34,039 nucleotides of DNA from an uncultured bacterium (lineage in GTDB: Bacteria; Macinerneyibacteriota; Macinerneyibacteria; Macinerneyibacteriales; DSCS01). The stretch spans positions 42,792 through 76,830 of the forward strand of contig CAZJQC010000006.1 in the NCBI GenBank assembly GCA_964548195.1, given 5' to 3'. Both the position numbers and the translations under genes were made by a program. Of this stretch, positions 12,218-22,840 are shown piece after piece; position 1 is the stretch's first letter; each line of letters opens with the position of its first letter. Under the pieces are notes generated by a model that saw only the letters and a list, made by a program, of their open reading frames with translations, searched no databases and was not told where the DNA came from.

Positions 12218-12775
12218 ATGGAAAACAGAGACACACGTGAACGCATAACGAATGCAGCGGTGGACTTGTTCGCGGAGCTGGGATATGACGGCGTGGGGAT
12301 GCGCGGCATAGCTGAACGAAGCGGCATCGCGGTATCGGTAATATACTATTACTTCAGCGGCAAAGAGAAGATGTATACGGCGCTTTTTCTGGATTTTTTC
12401 AGGGATGTGCTCAGTGGGGCGAGGGATTTTATAGAAGCCAATGCTTCCAGGGACCTTTTTTCAACCGCATTGAGACTGCTGGAACTCTTTCACAACATGG
12501 ATGATATGGAAAAGAAGAGGATGAAAGTCGCTATTTATGAGATACAGGGTTTTGGCAAATCCAATGAACTTAGAGCCGGGCTGCTCAAGTCGTACAGGCA
12601 GCATGAGATGGTCTTTTTTTCACTCTTTCTCGACCGGTTAAAGGACAGAAAGATGTCTTTCGCGGCTTCCAGGGTGCTTTTTACCTATTTGTCCTCAAGG
12701 GTCGCCGATATAATCATCAACGGGCGTTATCCCGAGGACACGCTCAGCGATGATCTGAAAGTCCTTTGCCAATGA
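12218..12775 (+). CDS. TetR/AcrR-family transcriptional regulator
   Basis: N-terminal HTH TRERITNAAVDLFAELGYDGVGMRGIAERSGIAVSVIYYYFSGKEKMY; 185 aa. Confidence 0.9.
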   Translation: MENRDTRERITNAAVDLFAELGYDGVGMRGIAERSGIAVSVIYYYFSGKEKMYTALFLDFFRDVLSGARDFIEANASRDLFSTALRLLELFHNMDDMEKKRMKVAIYEIQGFGKSNELRAGLLKSYRQHEMVFFSLFLDRLKDRKMSFAASRVLFTYLSSRVADIIINGRYPEDTLSDDLKVLCQ

Positions 12776-12794
12776 TCATGTAAACCTTTATTGT

Positions 12795-12859
12795 TTGCTG
12801 ATTTGCGTCCGCAGCCGTATAATTAATTACTTGACACGAAAATGAAAGTATGGTAGTTT
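12795..12859 (+). promoter_or_regulatory. Two tandem putative sigma70 promoters of rplU-rpmA-obgE
   Basis: TTGCTG(12795)-17 bp-TATAAT(12818) and TTGACA(12831)-17 bp-TAGTTT(12854, extended TG). Confidence 0.55.
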
Positions 12860-12888
12860 TTCCGTGCAGAAGATACAGGGGGTAGAAA

Positions 12889-13197
12889 ATGTACGCAGTA
12901 ATCAAAACAGGCGGAAAACAGTATCTTGTCAGGGAAAACGACAAGATCTTTATTGAGAAGATAGATAAAGCCGTGGGTGAGTCCGTTGAATTTACGCCCA
13001 TTCTTCTCAATGACGGCGAAAACACAATTGCCGACGTGAAATCCCTGGAAAGTACAAAAGTTGTATGCAAAGTTAAGGAACATTTCCGCGGCAAAAAAAT
13101 CAAGGTCTATTATTTCAGAAGAAGGAAAGATTCAGATAAGACTATCGGTCACAGACAAAGTCTGGTGACTCTCGTCGTCGAATCTATTCAAAAATAA
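12889..13197 (+). CDS. rplU: 50S ribosomal protein L21
   Basis: MYAVIKTGGKQYLV...KKIKVYYFRRRK...GHRQ. Confidence 0.97.
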   Translation: MYAVIKTGGKQYLVRENDKIFIEKIDKAVGESVEFTPILLNDGENTIADVKSLESTKVVCKVKEHFRGKKIKVYYFRRRKDSDKTIGHRQSLVTLVVESIQK

Positions 13198-13212
13198 CCG
13201 GGGAGGTGAGTT

Positions 13213-13470
13213 ATGGCTCATAAAAAAGGTGTCGGTAGTAGTAGGAACGGTCGTGACAGTGAGTCGAAGCGCCTCGGTGTAAAAAAATACAGCGGGCAGT
13301 CGGTGCTTGCGGGCAACATAATCGTCCGTCAGCGCGGGACAAAATACAAACCCGGTGACAATGTCGGTCTCGGCAGAGACTATACCATTTACTCTTTGAT
13401 CGATGGTTTCGTTGAATTCTCCATGAGGCGAGGCCGTAGCATTATCAACGTTGTTCCGGTAAAAAAATAA
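13213..13470 (+). CDS. rpmA: 50S ribosomal protein L27
   Basis: [24 protein letters not shown]...[21 protein letters not shown]; no N-terminal extension. Confidence 0.98.
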   Translation: MAHKKGVGSSRNGRDSESKRLGVKKYSGQSVLAGNIIVRQRGTKYKPGDNVGLGRDYTIYSLIDGFVEFSMRRGRSIINVVPVKK

Positions 13471-13474
13471 CCAC

Positions 13475-14734
13475 ATGTTTGTAGACAGAGCGAAGATTTA
13501 TGTCCAGGGCGGCAAAGGCGGCCCTGGATGTCTTAGTTTTAGAAGAGAAAAGTATATCCCCAAGGGCGGGCCTGACGGCGGAAACGGCGGCCGGGGCGGA
13601 AGCGTTATATTGAAGGTCACCAGATCGGTCAAGACCCTTTATGACGTGCGCTTTCATCCCCATATACGGGCCACGAACGGTGCCCCCGGAGGCACCAACA
13701 ATAAATACGGACGGGACGGCAAAGACTTTGAACTCTCCGTGCCGCCCGGGACGATGATATACACCGAAGACGGCGAGCTTATCGCCGATCTTGTGGAAGA
13801 AGACGATTTCTTCGTCGCGGCTGTGGGCGGCCGCGGGGGACGGGGAAATGCGGTTTTTTTGTCCAACACCAACAGAGCGCCTTATATACGCGAACTCGGC
13901 GAACCGGGCGAGGACAGGACGCTGATACTTGAGCTGAAGCTTATAGCGGACGTGGGCCTTGTCGGGCTGCCCAATGCGGGCAAGTCCACACTTCTGTCGG
14001 TATTGAGCAACGCAAAACCGAAGATCGCCTCTTATCCCTTTACCACCATAGAGCCTAATCTGGGCGCGATCATATCCGAGCGAGGCTTCAGTTTTGTCAT
14101 TGCGGACCTTCCCGGCCTCATAGAGGGTGCGAGCCGCGGCATCGGCCTTGGCGACAAATTTTTGAAACATGCCGAACGCACAAGACTTCTTGTCCACCTT
14201 GTGGATATGGCCGGAACCGAGGGACGTGACCCTGCTGATGATTATCGGACCATAAGGAAAGAACTTGAAAGCTACGGTGACATACTTGCTTCCAAACCCG
14301 TGATGGTAGTGGCAAATAAGATGGATGTTCCGGAGGCGCAGCTTTTTCTGGAAGAGTTCAAAAAGAACACGGGCATAGACCCCATCGGCATTTCAGCGGC
14401 GGGGCGCCTGAACATAACCGTGTTGAAAAGCGCCGTGGCGGAAAGGCTTGAAGAGCTGCCTCCTGCGGAGACTCAGCTTCCCGAAAGGCATGAGTTCGAG
14501 GAAGACAGGCGCAAGTTTACCATAGAGATCATAGACGGAGATTATCATGTGAACGGGGTCTATATCAACAAGATCGCTTCCATGACGGATTTCAGCCTGC
14601 CTGAAAGTGTGCGCAGGTGTACGGATATAATGAAAAAACTCGGAATTTTTGAAAAACTCGCGGAAATGGAAGCAGAAGACGGTGATAGCGTCGTTGTTGC
14701 AGATAAATTCGAGTTTTTTTACAGACGCGACTAA
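13475..14734 (+). CDS. obgE: GTPase Obg/CgtA with a C-terminal OCT (DUF1967-like) domain
   Basis: MFVDRAKI, FRREKYIPKGGPDGG, GLPNAGKST, YPFTT, DLPGLIEGA, NKMD; C-terminal MTDFS...MKKLGIFEKL...DGDSV...FEF. Confidence 0.96.
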   Translation: MFVDRAKIYVQGGKGGPGCLSFRREKYIPKGGPDGGNGGRGGSVILKVTRSVKTLYDVRFHPHIRATNGAPGGTNNKYGRDGKDFELSVPPGTMIYTEDGELIADLVEEDDFFVAAVGGRGGRGNAVFLSNTNRAPYIRELGEPGEDRTLILELKLIADVGLVGLPNAGKSTLLSVLSNAKPKIASYPFTTIEPNLGAIISERGFSFVIADLPGLIEGASRGIGLGDKFLKHAERTRLLVHLVDMAGTEGRDPADDYRTIRKELESYGDILASKPVMVVANKMDVPEAQLFLEEFKKNTGIDPIGISAAGRLNITVLKSAVAERLEELPPAETQLPERHEFEEDRRKFTIEIIDGDYHVNGVYINKIASMTDFSLPESVRRCTDIMKKLGIFEKLAEMEAEDGDSVVVADKFEFFYRRD

Positions 14735-14741
14735 ATCATTC

Positions 14742-14770
14742 TTGAAGATAACTTTTTATTGTGATATATT
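14742..14770 (+). promoter_or_regulatory. Putative sigma70 promoter of LysM-dprA-smg
   Basis: TTGAAG(14742)-17 bp-TATATT(14765) with extended TG. Confidence 0.5.
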
Positions 14771-14852
14771 TCATGGGTATAGATTTTTCTACGGGTATTC
14801 GTTTTCGGGTGTCTGAACCGCCGTGTTGCGCGCAGACGTCCAAGGAGGGTGT

Positions 14853-15962
14853 ATGAAAAGGTTGATGTGTTTGATGTTGGCCGTGGTTTTTGTTGCTGCA
14901 ATGCTTTTCGCGGGTCAGACCGTTCCTCCGCCGTATCCGGGGCCAAGGGGCACCGGGCTTACCGGACAAAATGTATATACCGTTGTAAAAGGCGACACGC
15001 TTTGGGAGATATGCCAGGCAAAGCTGGGGAACGCATGGTTGTGGGTCAAGGTGTGGGAAAGAAACCCCCATATAACCGATCCCAATTGGATATACCCCGG
15101 AGACAGGCTGGAACTCGATGTGGAAGCTCCCATACCGCCTTCTTATGTGAAACCGGAAAACAAAGATAAATATGCTGATGAAGACAGATCTGTCAGAGAG
15201 TTTGTGTTCATGGAAGAGCAGCCATCCGAAACAACGGTGGAGCCGGAGAAGGGTATCACACTCTCAGGAGACTCGGGAAAAGACAGGGATCAGATGAAAA
15301 ACCTGATATTTTTCGGCGGGTTCATACTTGAAAACGGCACGGAGCCTTTTGCGAAGATCATGAGCATAGAAAAGGACGCCAATATAGCCGCATACGGTGA
15401 TTATATCTATATAAACAAAGGCGGCGAGGACGGCATCAAGGAAGGCGATGAGCTGATAGTATATCAGGTCGGAGAGAAAGTGACCCATCCTGTTACCTTC
15501 AAGAAGATGGGCTATATAGTGAAGCCTTTGGGATTGTTAAAGGTGGTCTCGCTGTACAAGGACCTGGCGAAATGCGAGGTCACGGGACAACAGTCCGCCA
15601 TCAGGGTGGGCGATTTCGTGGATTATGAATATCCGAGAATAGTGCTCAATACAAAAAACATCAAACCTGATTATCAGGGCAATATAATATACTTCAAAGA
15701 CGGCTCTCAGCTGGCAGGCAAGAACACCATAGTCCATATCGACAGGGGCATGAAACAGGGGATAAAGGCAGGCATGTTTTTTGACATTTTCGGAGAGGCC
15801 CGTAAAGTCAGAGATCCTGACGGCGGGTCCAAAGAGATCCCCGCAGAGATCAAGGGACGCATAAAGGTGATAAACGCCCGCGAGAATGTATCCATGGGCG
15901 TGATCATGTCAACGAGAGGCGATGAAAAGATCATGCTTGGAGACGAGGTCGTTGCTGAATAG
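14853..15962 (+). CDS. Exported LysM-domain protein, TsaP-like (LysM + two FlgT-C-like beta domains)
   Basis: Start reassigned to ATG 14853 behind AAGGAGG. Signal peptide MKRLMCLMLAVVFVAAMLFA; LysM YTVVKGDTLWEI...WVKVWERNPHITDPNWIYPGD; two repeats (YIYINKGGEDGIKEGD, IVHIDRGMKQGIKAGM); upstream of dprA. Confidence 0.75.
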   Translation: MKRLMCLMLAVVFVAAMLFAGQTVPPPYPGPRGTGLTGQNVYTVVKGDTLWEICQAKLGNAWLWVKVWERNPHITDPNWIYPGDRLELDVEAPIPPSYVKPENKDKYADEDRSVREFVFMEEQPSETTVEPEKGITLSGDSGKDRDQMKNLIFFGGFILENGTEPFAKIMSIEKDANIAAYGDYIYINKGGEDGIKEGDELIVYQVGEKVTHPVTFKKMGYIVKPLGLLKVVSLYKDLAKCEVTGQQSAIRVGDFVDYEYPRIVLNTKNIKPDYQGNIIYFKDGSQLAGKNTIVHIDRGMKQGIKAGMFFDIFGEARKVRDPDGGSKEIPAEIKGRIKVINARENVSMGVIMSTRGDEKIMLGDEVVAE

Positions 15963-15980
15963 GGAGCGTATGTAGTTGCG

Positions 15981-17099
15981 ATGAGCGGAGCGATGCAGTT
16001 TTCGCGGGAAAAATCCGCGTATCTGGCGCTAAGCGTCAGCGGCGTCCTGAGCAACCGTGTTGTTTTCGAGGCCCTTAAGAGGGCAGGATCCGCATCCGCT
16101 TTATGTGAAGCCGGTGAAAGCGAAGCTGCGGAGTTTCTCCGTTGCGGCAGGGAAAAAGCCGGCCGGTTTTTCCGGCGCATAAGGGATGCCGGGCTGGATC
16201 AACGCATCGCCGAGATCATGCGGAAGGGCATGTCTCTTTTGACGCCCGGCGACGAGGAGTTTCCCGAACAACTTTTGAACATCTTCGATCCGCCGCTGTG
16301 TCTTTACAGAAAAGGGCTGCCTCTGCGCAAGGGGCCTGATTATCTTGCAGTCGTCGGCACAAGAAAATCGACACATTACGGGGAACGGGCGGCAGAACGC
16401 ATTATCACAGCCCTCAACAGGCGCATAGGGATAGTCAGCGGCATGGCAACCGGCATCGACACATGCGCTCATATCACGGCTCTTGACTCGGGCTTATACA
16501 CAGTGGCCGTTTTAGGGACCGGCGCGGACCGTGTTTATCCCTTGACCAATAAAAGACTTTATGAAAGAATAATCAGAGAGGGTACCGTGTTAAGCGAGTA
16601 TCCGCCCGGAACCGGTCCTGACAGATATAATTTTCCCAGACGGAACAGGATCATCAGCGGGCTTTCAAGAGGCGTGCTTGTAGTGGAATGCGGACAGAGA
16701 AGCGGATCGCTGATCACCGCGGGATTCGGCCTTGAACAGGGCCGGGACATATTCGCCGTGCCGGGAAGCATCCTTTCCGGTACAAGCAAAGGCACGAACG
16801 GATTGATAAGGGACGGCGCGGTACCTGTGTTTTCGGCCGAGGATGTGAACGGATACTGGGGCATGGACGGTGTGGAGCGCGCTGCCGGTAAAAAACCGCC
16901 GGACTTGACAGACGATGAAAAAGCGGTTATAAGTCTGTTGTCCGTGGATGACCCGATAACCATGGAGGAGGCCCTGAACGGAGTTAAAGGGCGATTCCGC
17001 GCTGCGGAGATCCCCGCGCTGTTCACCGCTCTTATGGTAAAAGGGCTGATAAGGGAACTTCCGGGAAAAAGATTTGTTTTGAAACAAGAGGTTGACTGA
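15981..17099 (+). CDS. dprA: DNA processing protein DprA (Smf)
   Basis: FPEQLLNIFDPPLCLY, AVVGTR, IVSGMATGID, AVLGTG, FPRRNRIISGLS, SGSLITA, FAVPG, GTNGLIRDGA; C-terminal winged helix. Confidence 0.95.
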   Translation: MSGAMQFSREKSAYLALSVSGVLSNRVVFEALKRAGSASALCEAGESEAAEFLRCGREKAGRFFRRIRDAGLDQRIAEIMRKGMSLLTPGDEEFPEQLLNIFDPPLCLYRKGLPLRKGPDYLAVVGTRKSTHYGERAAERIITALNRRIGIVSGMATGIDTCAHITALDSGLYTVAVLGTGADRVYPLTNKRLYERIIREGTVLSEYPPGTGPDRYNFPRRNRIISGLSRGVLVVECGQRSGSLITAGFGLEQGRDIFAVPGSILSGTSKGTNGLIRDGAVPVFSAEDVNGYWGMDGVERAAGKKPPDLTDDEKAVISLLSVDDPITMEEALNGVKGRFRAAEIPALFTALMVKGLIRELPGKRFVLKQEVD

Positions 17100-17518
17100 T
17101 GAAAAAGAAAAATATTCTGATAGGAAAACTTATAGAAGCGCTGGGCGGCACCGGCGAGGAGAAGGATAAGCTGAGAAGCATACTTTCCGACAGGGGCGTG
17201 GACGATGACTCTGCGGATAATATCGTTGAAAGGATGAACGAGGGCTTTGATTCTTCCGACTCCGTCTACGAGGAGTATTCGCTTAGCGGAGTCCGTCTGT
17301 TCAATGTGCTTGAGCGTATGCTTTTTACGGAAAAGGCTTTGGATGAGATGACGCTTTGCAAGCATCTGGGAATAATAGATGACAATGACATGGAACAGGT
17401 CATAGACCTCTCGCTGGGTACGGACAAACTTCCTGTGGACAAAGATACCGTGCTTGCCGTTATATCCTATGTGTCGGGCGTCGATCTCAATATGACCGGC
17501 CTGAGACCTTATATATAA
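17099..17518 (+). CDS. smg: Smg/DUF494-family protein
   Basis: Coupled to dprA (TGATG). VRLFNVLERMLFTEKA...LGIIDDNDMEQVID fits the Smg pattern R-I-Y/F-xx-E...L...E-x-VI-E/D; smg normally follows dprA. Confidence 0.6.
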   Translation: MKKKNILIGKLIEALGGTGEEKDKLRSILSDRGVDDDSADNIVERMNEGFDSSDSVYEEYSLSGVRLFNVLERMLFTEKALDEMTLCKHLGIIDDNDMEQVIDLSLGTDKLPVDKDTVLAVISYVSGVDLNMTGLRPYI

Positions 17519-17523
17519 AGAGT

Positions 17524-17540
17524 CCGGGGCGGCGCCCCGG
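17524..17540. terminator. Hairpin between the convergent smg and threonine aldolase genes
   Basis: CCGGGGC-ggc-GCCCCGG; short T-rich tail on the minus strand (ACTCTTTAT). Confidence 0.45.
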
Positions 17541-17569
17541 TATTCATTGCCGCAAGCTGCCCCTGTTTT

Positions 17570-18589
17570 TCAGAGACTTTCCCTTATAAGGGATGCGAAT
17601 TCCACCACATCTTCTTTGCTCGTGTCATATGAGGTCATCCATCGCACTTCGCCCCGGTCCTCATTCCAGACATAGAAAAAGGATTTTTCGATCATTGGCC
17701 TTATGCGGTCTGCAGGCATGCTGACAAACAGCCCGTTTGTCTCTACCGGCTGTATGAGTTTTATGGGTTCTATGCCGCTGATCTCTTTTTTAAGCAGAGA
17801 AGCCGCGTGATTTGCGTTGGAGGCATTGCTTTTCCACAAACCGTCTTCCAGATAAGCTATGAACTGCGCTGAGACATAGCGCATTTTGGCTCCAAGCTGC
17901 ATCCCCTGTTTTCTTATATACTTGAACTCGCCGGCCAGTGAAGGGTCGAAAAAGACTACGGACTCCCCGGTCATCATCCCGTTTTTTGTGCCGCCGAACG
18001 ACAATATGTCTACGCCTGCCGCGCCCGTGATATCGCCGAGGCCTGTTCCGAGGCTGGCCGCCGCATTGGCAAGCCTTGCGCCGTCCATATGGAGCAGCAT
18101 GCCGTTTTTGCGCGCGTAGCGTGAAAGTTCCCTGATCTCTTCCACGGAGTATACCGTTCCCAGTTCGGTGGGCTGTGTTATTGAGATTATTTTAGGCTGC
18201 GAATGGTGTTCGTCTCCGAATCCGTGTATAAGATGTTCTATATCATCGGGAGAGATCTTGCCGTTTTTCGCGGGCACCGTGAACAGCTTGCATCCCGCGA
18301 TTTTTTCCAGCGCTCCGCATTCATCGACATTCATATGCGATGTCTCCGCGGTTATAACGGAATTATACGGCCGCGCGGCCGCGGATATGCCCAGCACATT
18401 GGCCGCGGTGCCGGTAAACACAAAAAATGATTCGCTTGTGTCGCCGAACGCCCCCTTCATCATGCTGTATGCTTTTTCCGTGTACGGATCGGCCCCGTAA
18501 GAGACATAATCCTTCAGGTTAGCGTCAATAACGGCCTGCATGATGTCCGGATGAACCGGAGAGTTATTATCACTGGCAAAACTTCTCAT
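17570..18589 (-). CDS. ltaE: Low-specificity L-threonine aldolase (PLP-dependent)
   Basis: FASDN, YGADPYT, FTGTAAN, DECGA, TELGTVYS, HMDGARLANA, PLP lysine motif SFGGTKNG, RKQGMQL; RBS AAGGAG. Confidence 0.9.
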   Translation of the reverse strand: MRSFASDNNSPVHPDIMQAVIDANLKDYVSYGADPYTEKAYSMMKGAFGDTSESFFVFTGTAANVLGISAAARPYNSVITAETSHMNVDECGALEKIAGCKLFTVPAKNGKISPDDIEHLIHGFGDEHHSQPKIISITQPTELGTVYSVEEIRELSRYARKNGMLLHMDGARLANAAASLGTGLGDITGAAGVDILSFGGTKNGMMTGESVVFFDPSLAGEFKYIRKQGMQLGAKMRYVSAQFIAYLEDGLWKSNASNANHAASLLKKEISGIEPIKLIQPVETNGLFVSMPADRIRPMIEKSFFYVWNEDRGEVRWMTSYDTSKEDVVEFASLIRESL

Positions 18590-18607
18590 AAAGTCTCCTT
18601 TTCTCTG

Positions 18608-18636
18608 ATATTACATGATAATGTGGAAATGGTCAA
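18608..18636 (-). promoter_or_regulatory. Putative internal sigma70 promoter of the threonine aldolase gene
   Basis: Minus strand TTGACC-17 bp-TAATAT immediately after the DMT stop codon. Confidence 0.5.
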
Positions 18637-19521
18637 TCATGTGAAGAAGAAAAGGGATATAGCTCCGAGTGCGGCTATGGTCCCGAATACGCTTGCGGGT
18701 GACATCCTGTCATTGAGCATAAAATGGGAAACGGGTATCAGGATGAGGGGGGAGAGCGATGTCAGCGTGAGCGCCACTCCCACATATATGGTCTTTATGG
18801 CGTACAGGGCCAGCAACACCCCCAGCACCGGGCCTATGACCGTGCTTGATGTGACATAGACTACGGACGGCTTATCAGCCGCAAATATTTTCATGTCGCG
18901 CAGGGTCGTGCGCCTGACCGCGGTAAATACGATAAAGGATAAAAGTCCCGCAGCCGTTCTGATCACATTTGCCGAAGAGGCCGGAATTGTCCCCTCCATG
19001 CCTATCTTTGAGAGCACCATGCCCGCGCCCTGCCCTATGGCGCCGCCGAAAGCAAGCAGATAGCCTGTGATGTCATGTTTCGCTTTTACGCCGTTTTTCT
19101 GGTTGCTTATCACCCAGGCCACGGCGGTTCCCGCGATGACAATCGCGGCCCATTGTATGAACACCGGCTTTTCCCCCAGTACAAAGAAAGAGAGCACCGC
19201 GCTGATTATCGGCGCCAGACTCATTATAAGCATCGTAAGCCTGGGACCTATGCGGACAAATGATTCGAACAGCAGTATGTCTCCCAAAAAATAGCCGACG
19301 AAACCGGATAAGGCCAGGAAGAGAAAAGACGATGCGCCCATATGCGGGAAGAGAGTGCCCGTGACTAATATATTCACCGCCACTGCGGCCGGGAATGCTA
19401 TCCACATGCGTACATGGGAGACCGTAAAAGACCCTATGCGGCTGCCCGCTTTTGAAAAGAAAAAAGCATTATAAGCCCAACAGGCCGATACCGCCAGGGC
19501 GGCCGTTTCTCCGCGTATCAT
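18637..19521 (-). CDS. EamA/DMT-family transporter
   Basis: 294 aa, ~10 hydrophobic segments in two repeats; GETAAL...CWA, LSGFVGYFLGD...IGPR, LSPLILIP. Confidence 0.88.
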   Translation of the reverse strand: MIRGETAALAVSACWAYNAFFFSKAGSRIGSFTVSHVRMWIAFPAAVAVNILVTGTLFPHMGASSFLFLALSGFVGYFLGDILLFESFVRIGPRLTMLIMSLAPIISAVLSFFVLGEKPVFIQWAAIVIAGTAVAWVISNQKNGVKAKHDITGYLLAFGGAIGQGAGMVLSKIGMEGTIPASSANVIRTAAGLLSFIVFTAVRRTTLRDMKIFAADKPSVVYVTSSTVIGPVLGVLLALYAIKTIYVGVALTLTSLSPLILIPVSHFMLNDRMSPASVFGTIAALGAISLFFFT

Positions 19522-19527
19522 GCGCTT

Positions 19528-19555
19528 AAAATAGCAGAGGGTGCCGTTTAGTCAA
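19528..19555 (-). promoter_or_regulatory. Putative sigma70 promoter of the DMT gene (likely leaderless mRNA)
   Basis: Minus strand TTGACT-16 bp-TATTTT with extended TG; ATG begins 7 nt after the -10 box; no SD sequence. Confidence 0.5.
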
Positions 19556-19582
19556 TCTTTCTTTGTATGAAATATTTAAATC

Positions 19583-19611
19583 TTGAAAAAAACCTTTTAA
19601 TGTCACATAAT
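19583..19611 (+). promoter_or_regulatory. Putative sigma70 promoter of ligA
   Basis: TTGAAA(19583)-17 bp-CATAAT(19606) in an AT-rich divergent intergenic region. Confidence 0.45.
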
Positions 19612-19614
19612 TAA

Positions 19615-22763
<3,149 letters not shown>

Positions 22764-22787
22764 GGGGAAACGTATGTTTTTGACATG

Positions 22788-22815
22788 TTGACACCTACGT
22801 AAATTATGGTATATT
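22788..22815 (+). promoter_or_regulatory. Putative sigma70 promoter of the TPR-mglC-efp-pilT-sgmX operon
   Basis: TTGACA(22788)-16 bp-TATATT(22810) with extended TG; a second TTGACA at 22780. Confidence 0.6.
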
Positions 22816-22840
22816 ATAGAGAAAGCGAGGGAGCGCCGTG

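Noticed and set aside
12776..12888. Possible L21 leader or other ncRNA upstream of rplU
   Set aside because: The interval is mostly filled by two promoter-like elements, leaving a short leader with no convincing stem.
14775..14852. Four GGGT(A/G)T hexamers in the LysM gene leader
   Set aside because: Irregular spacing and one copy overlaps the RBS; too short to call a binding-site array or an RNA element.
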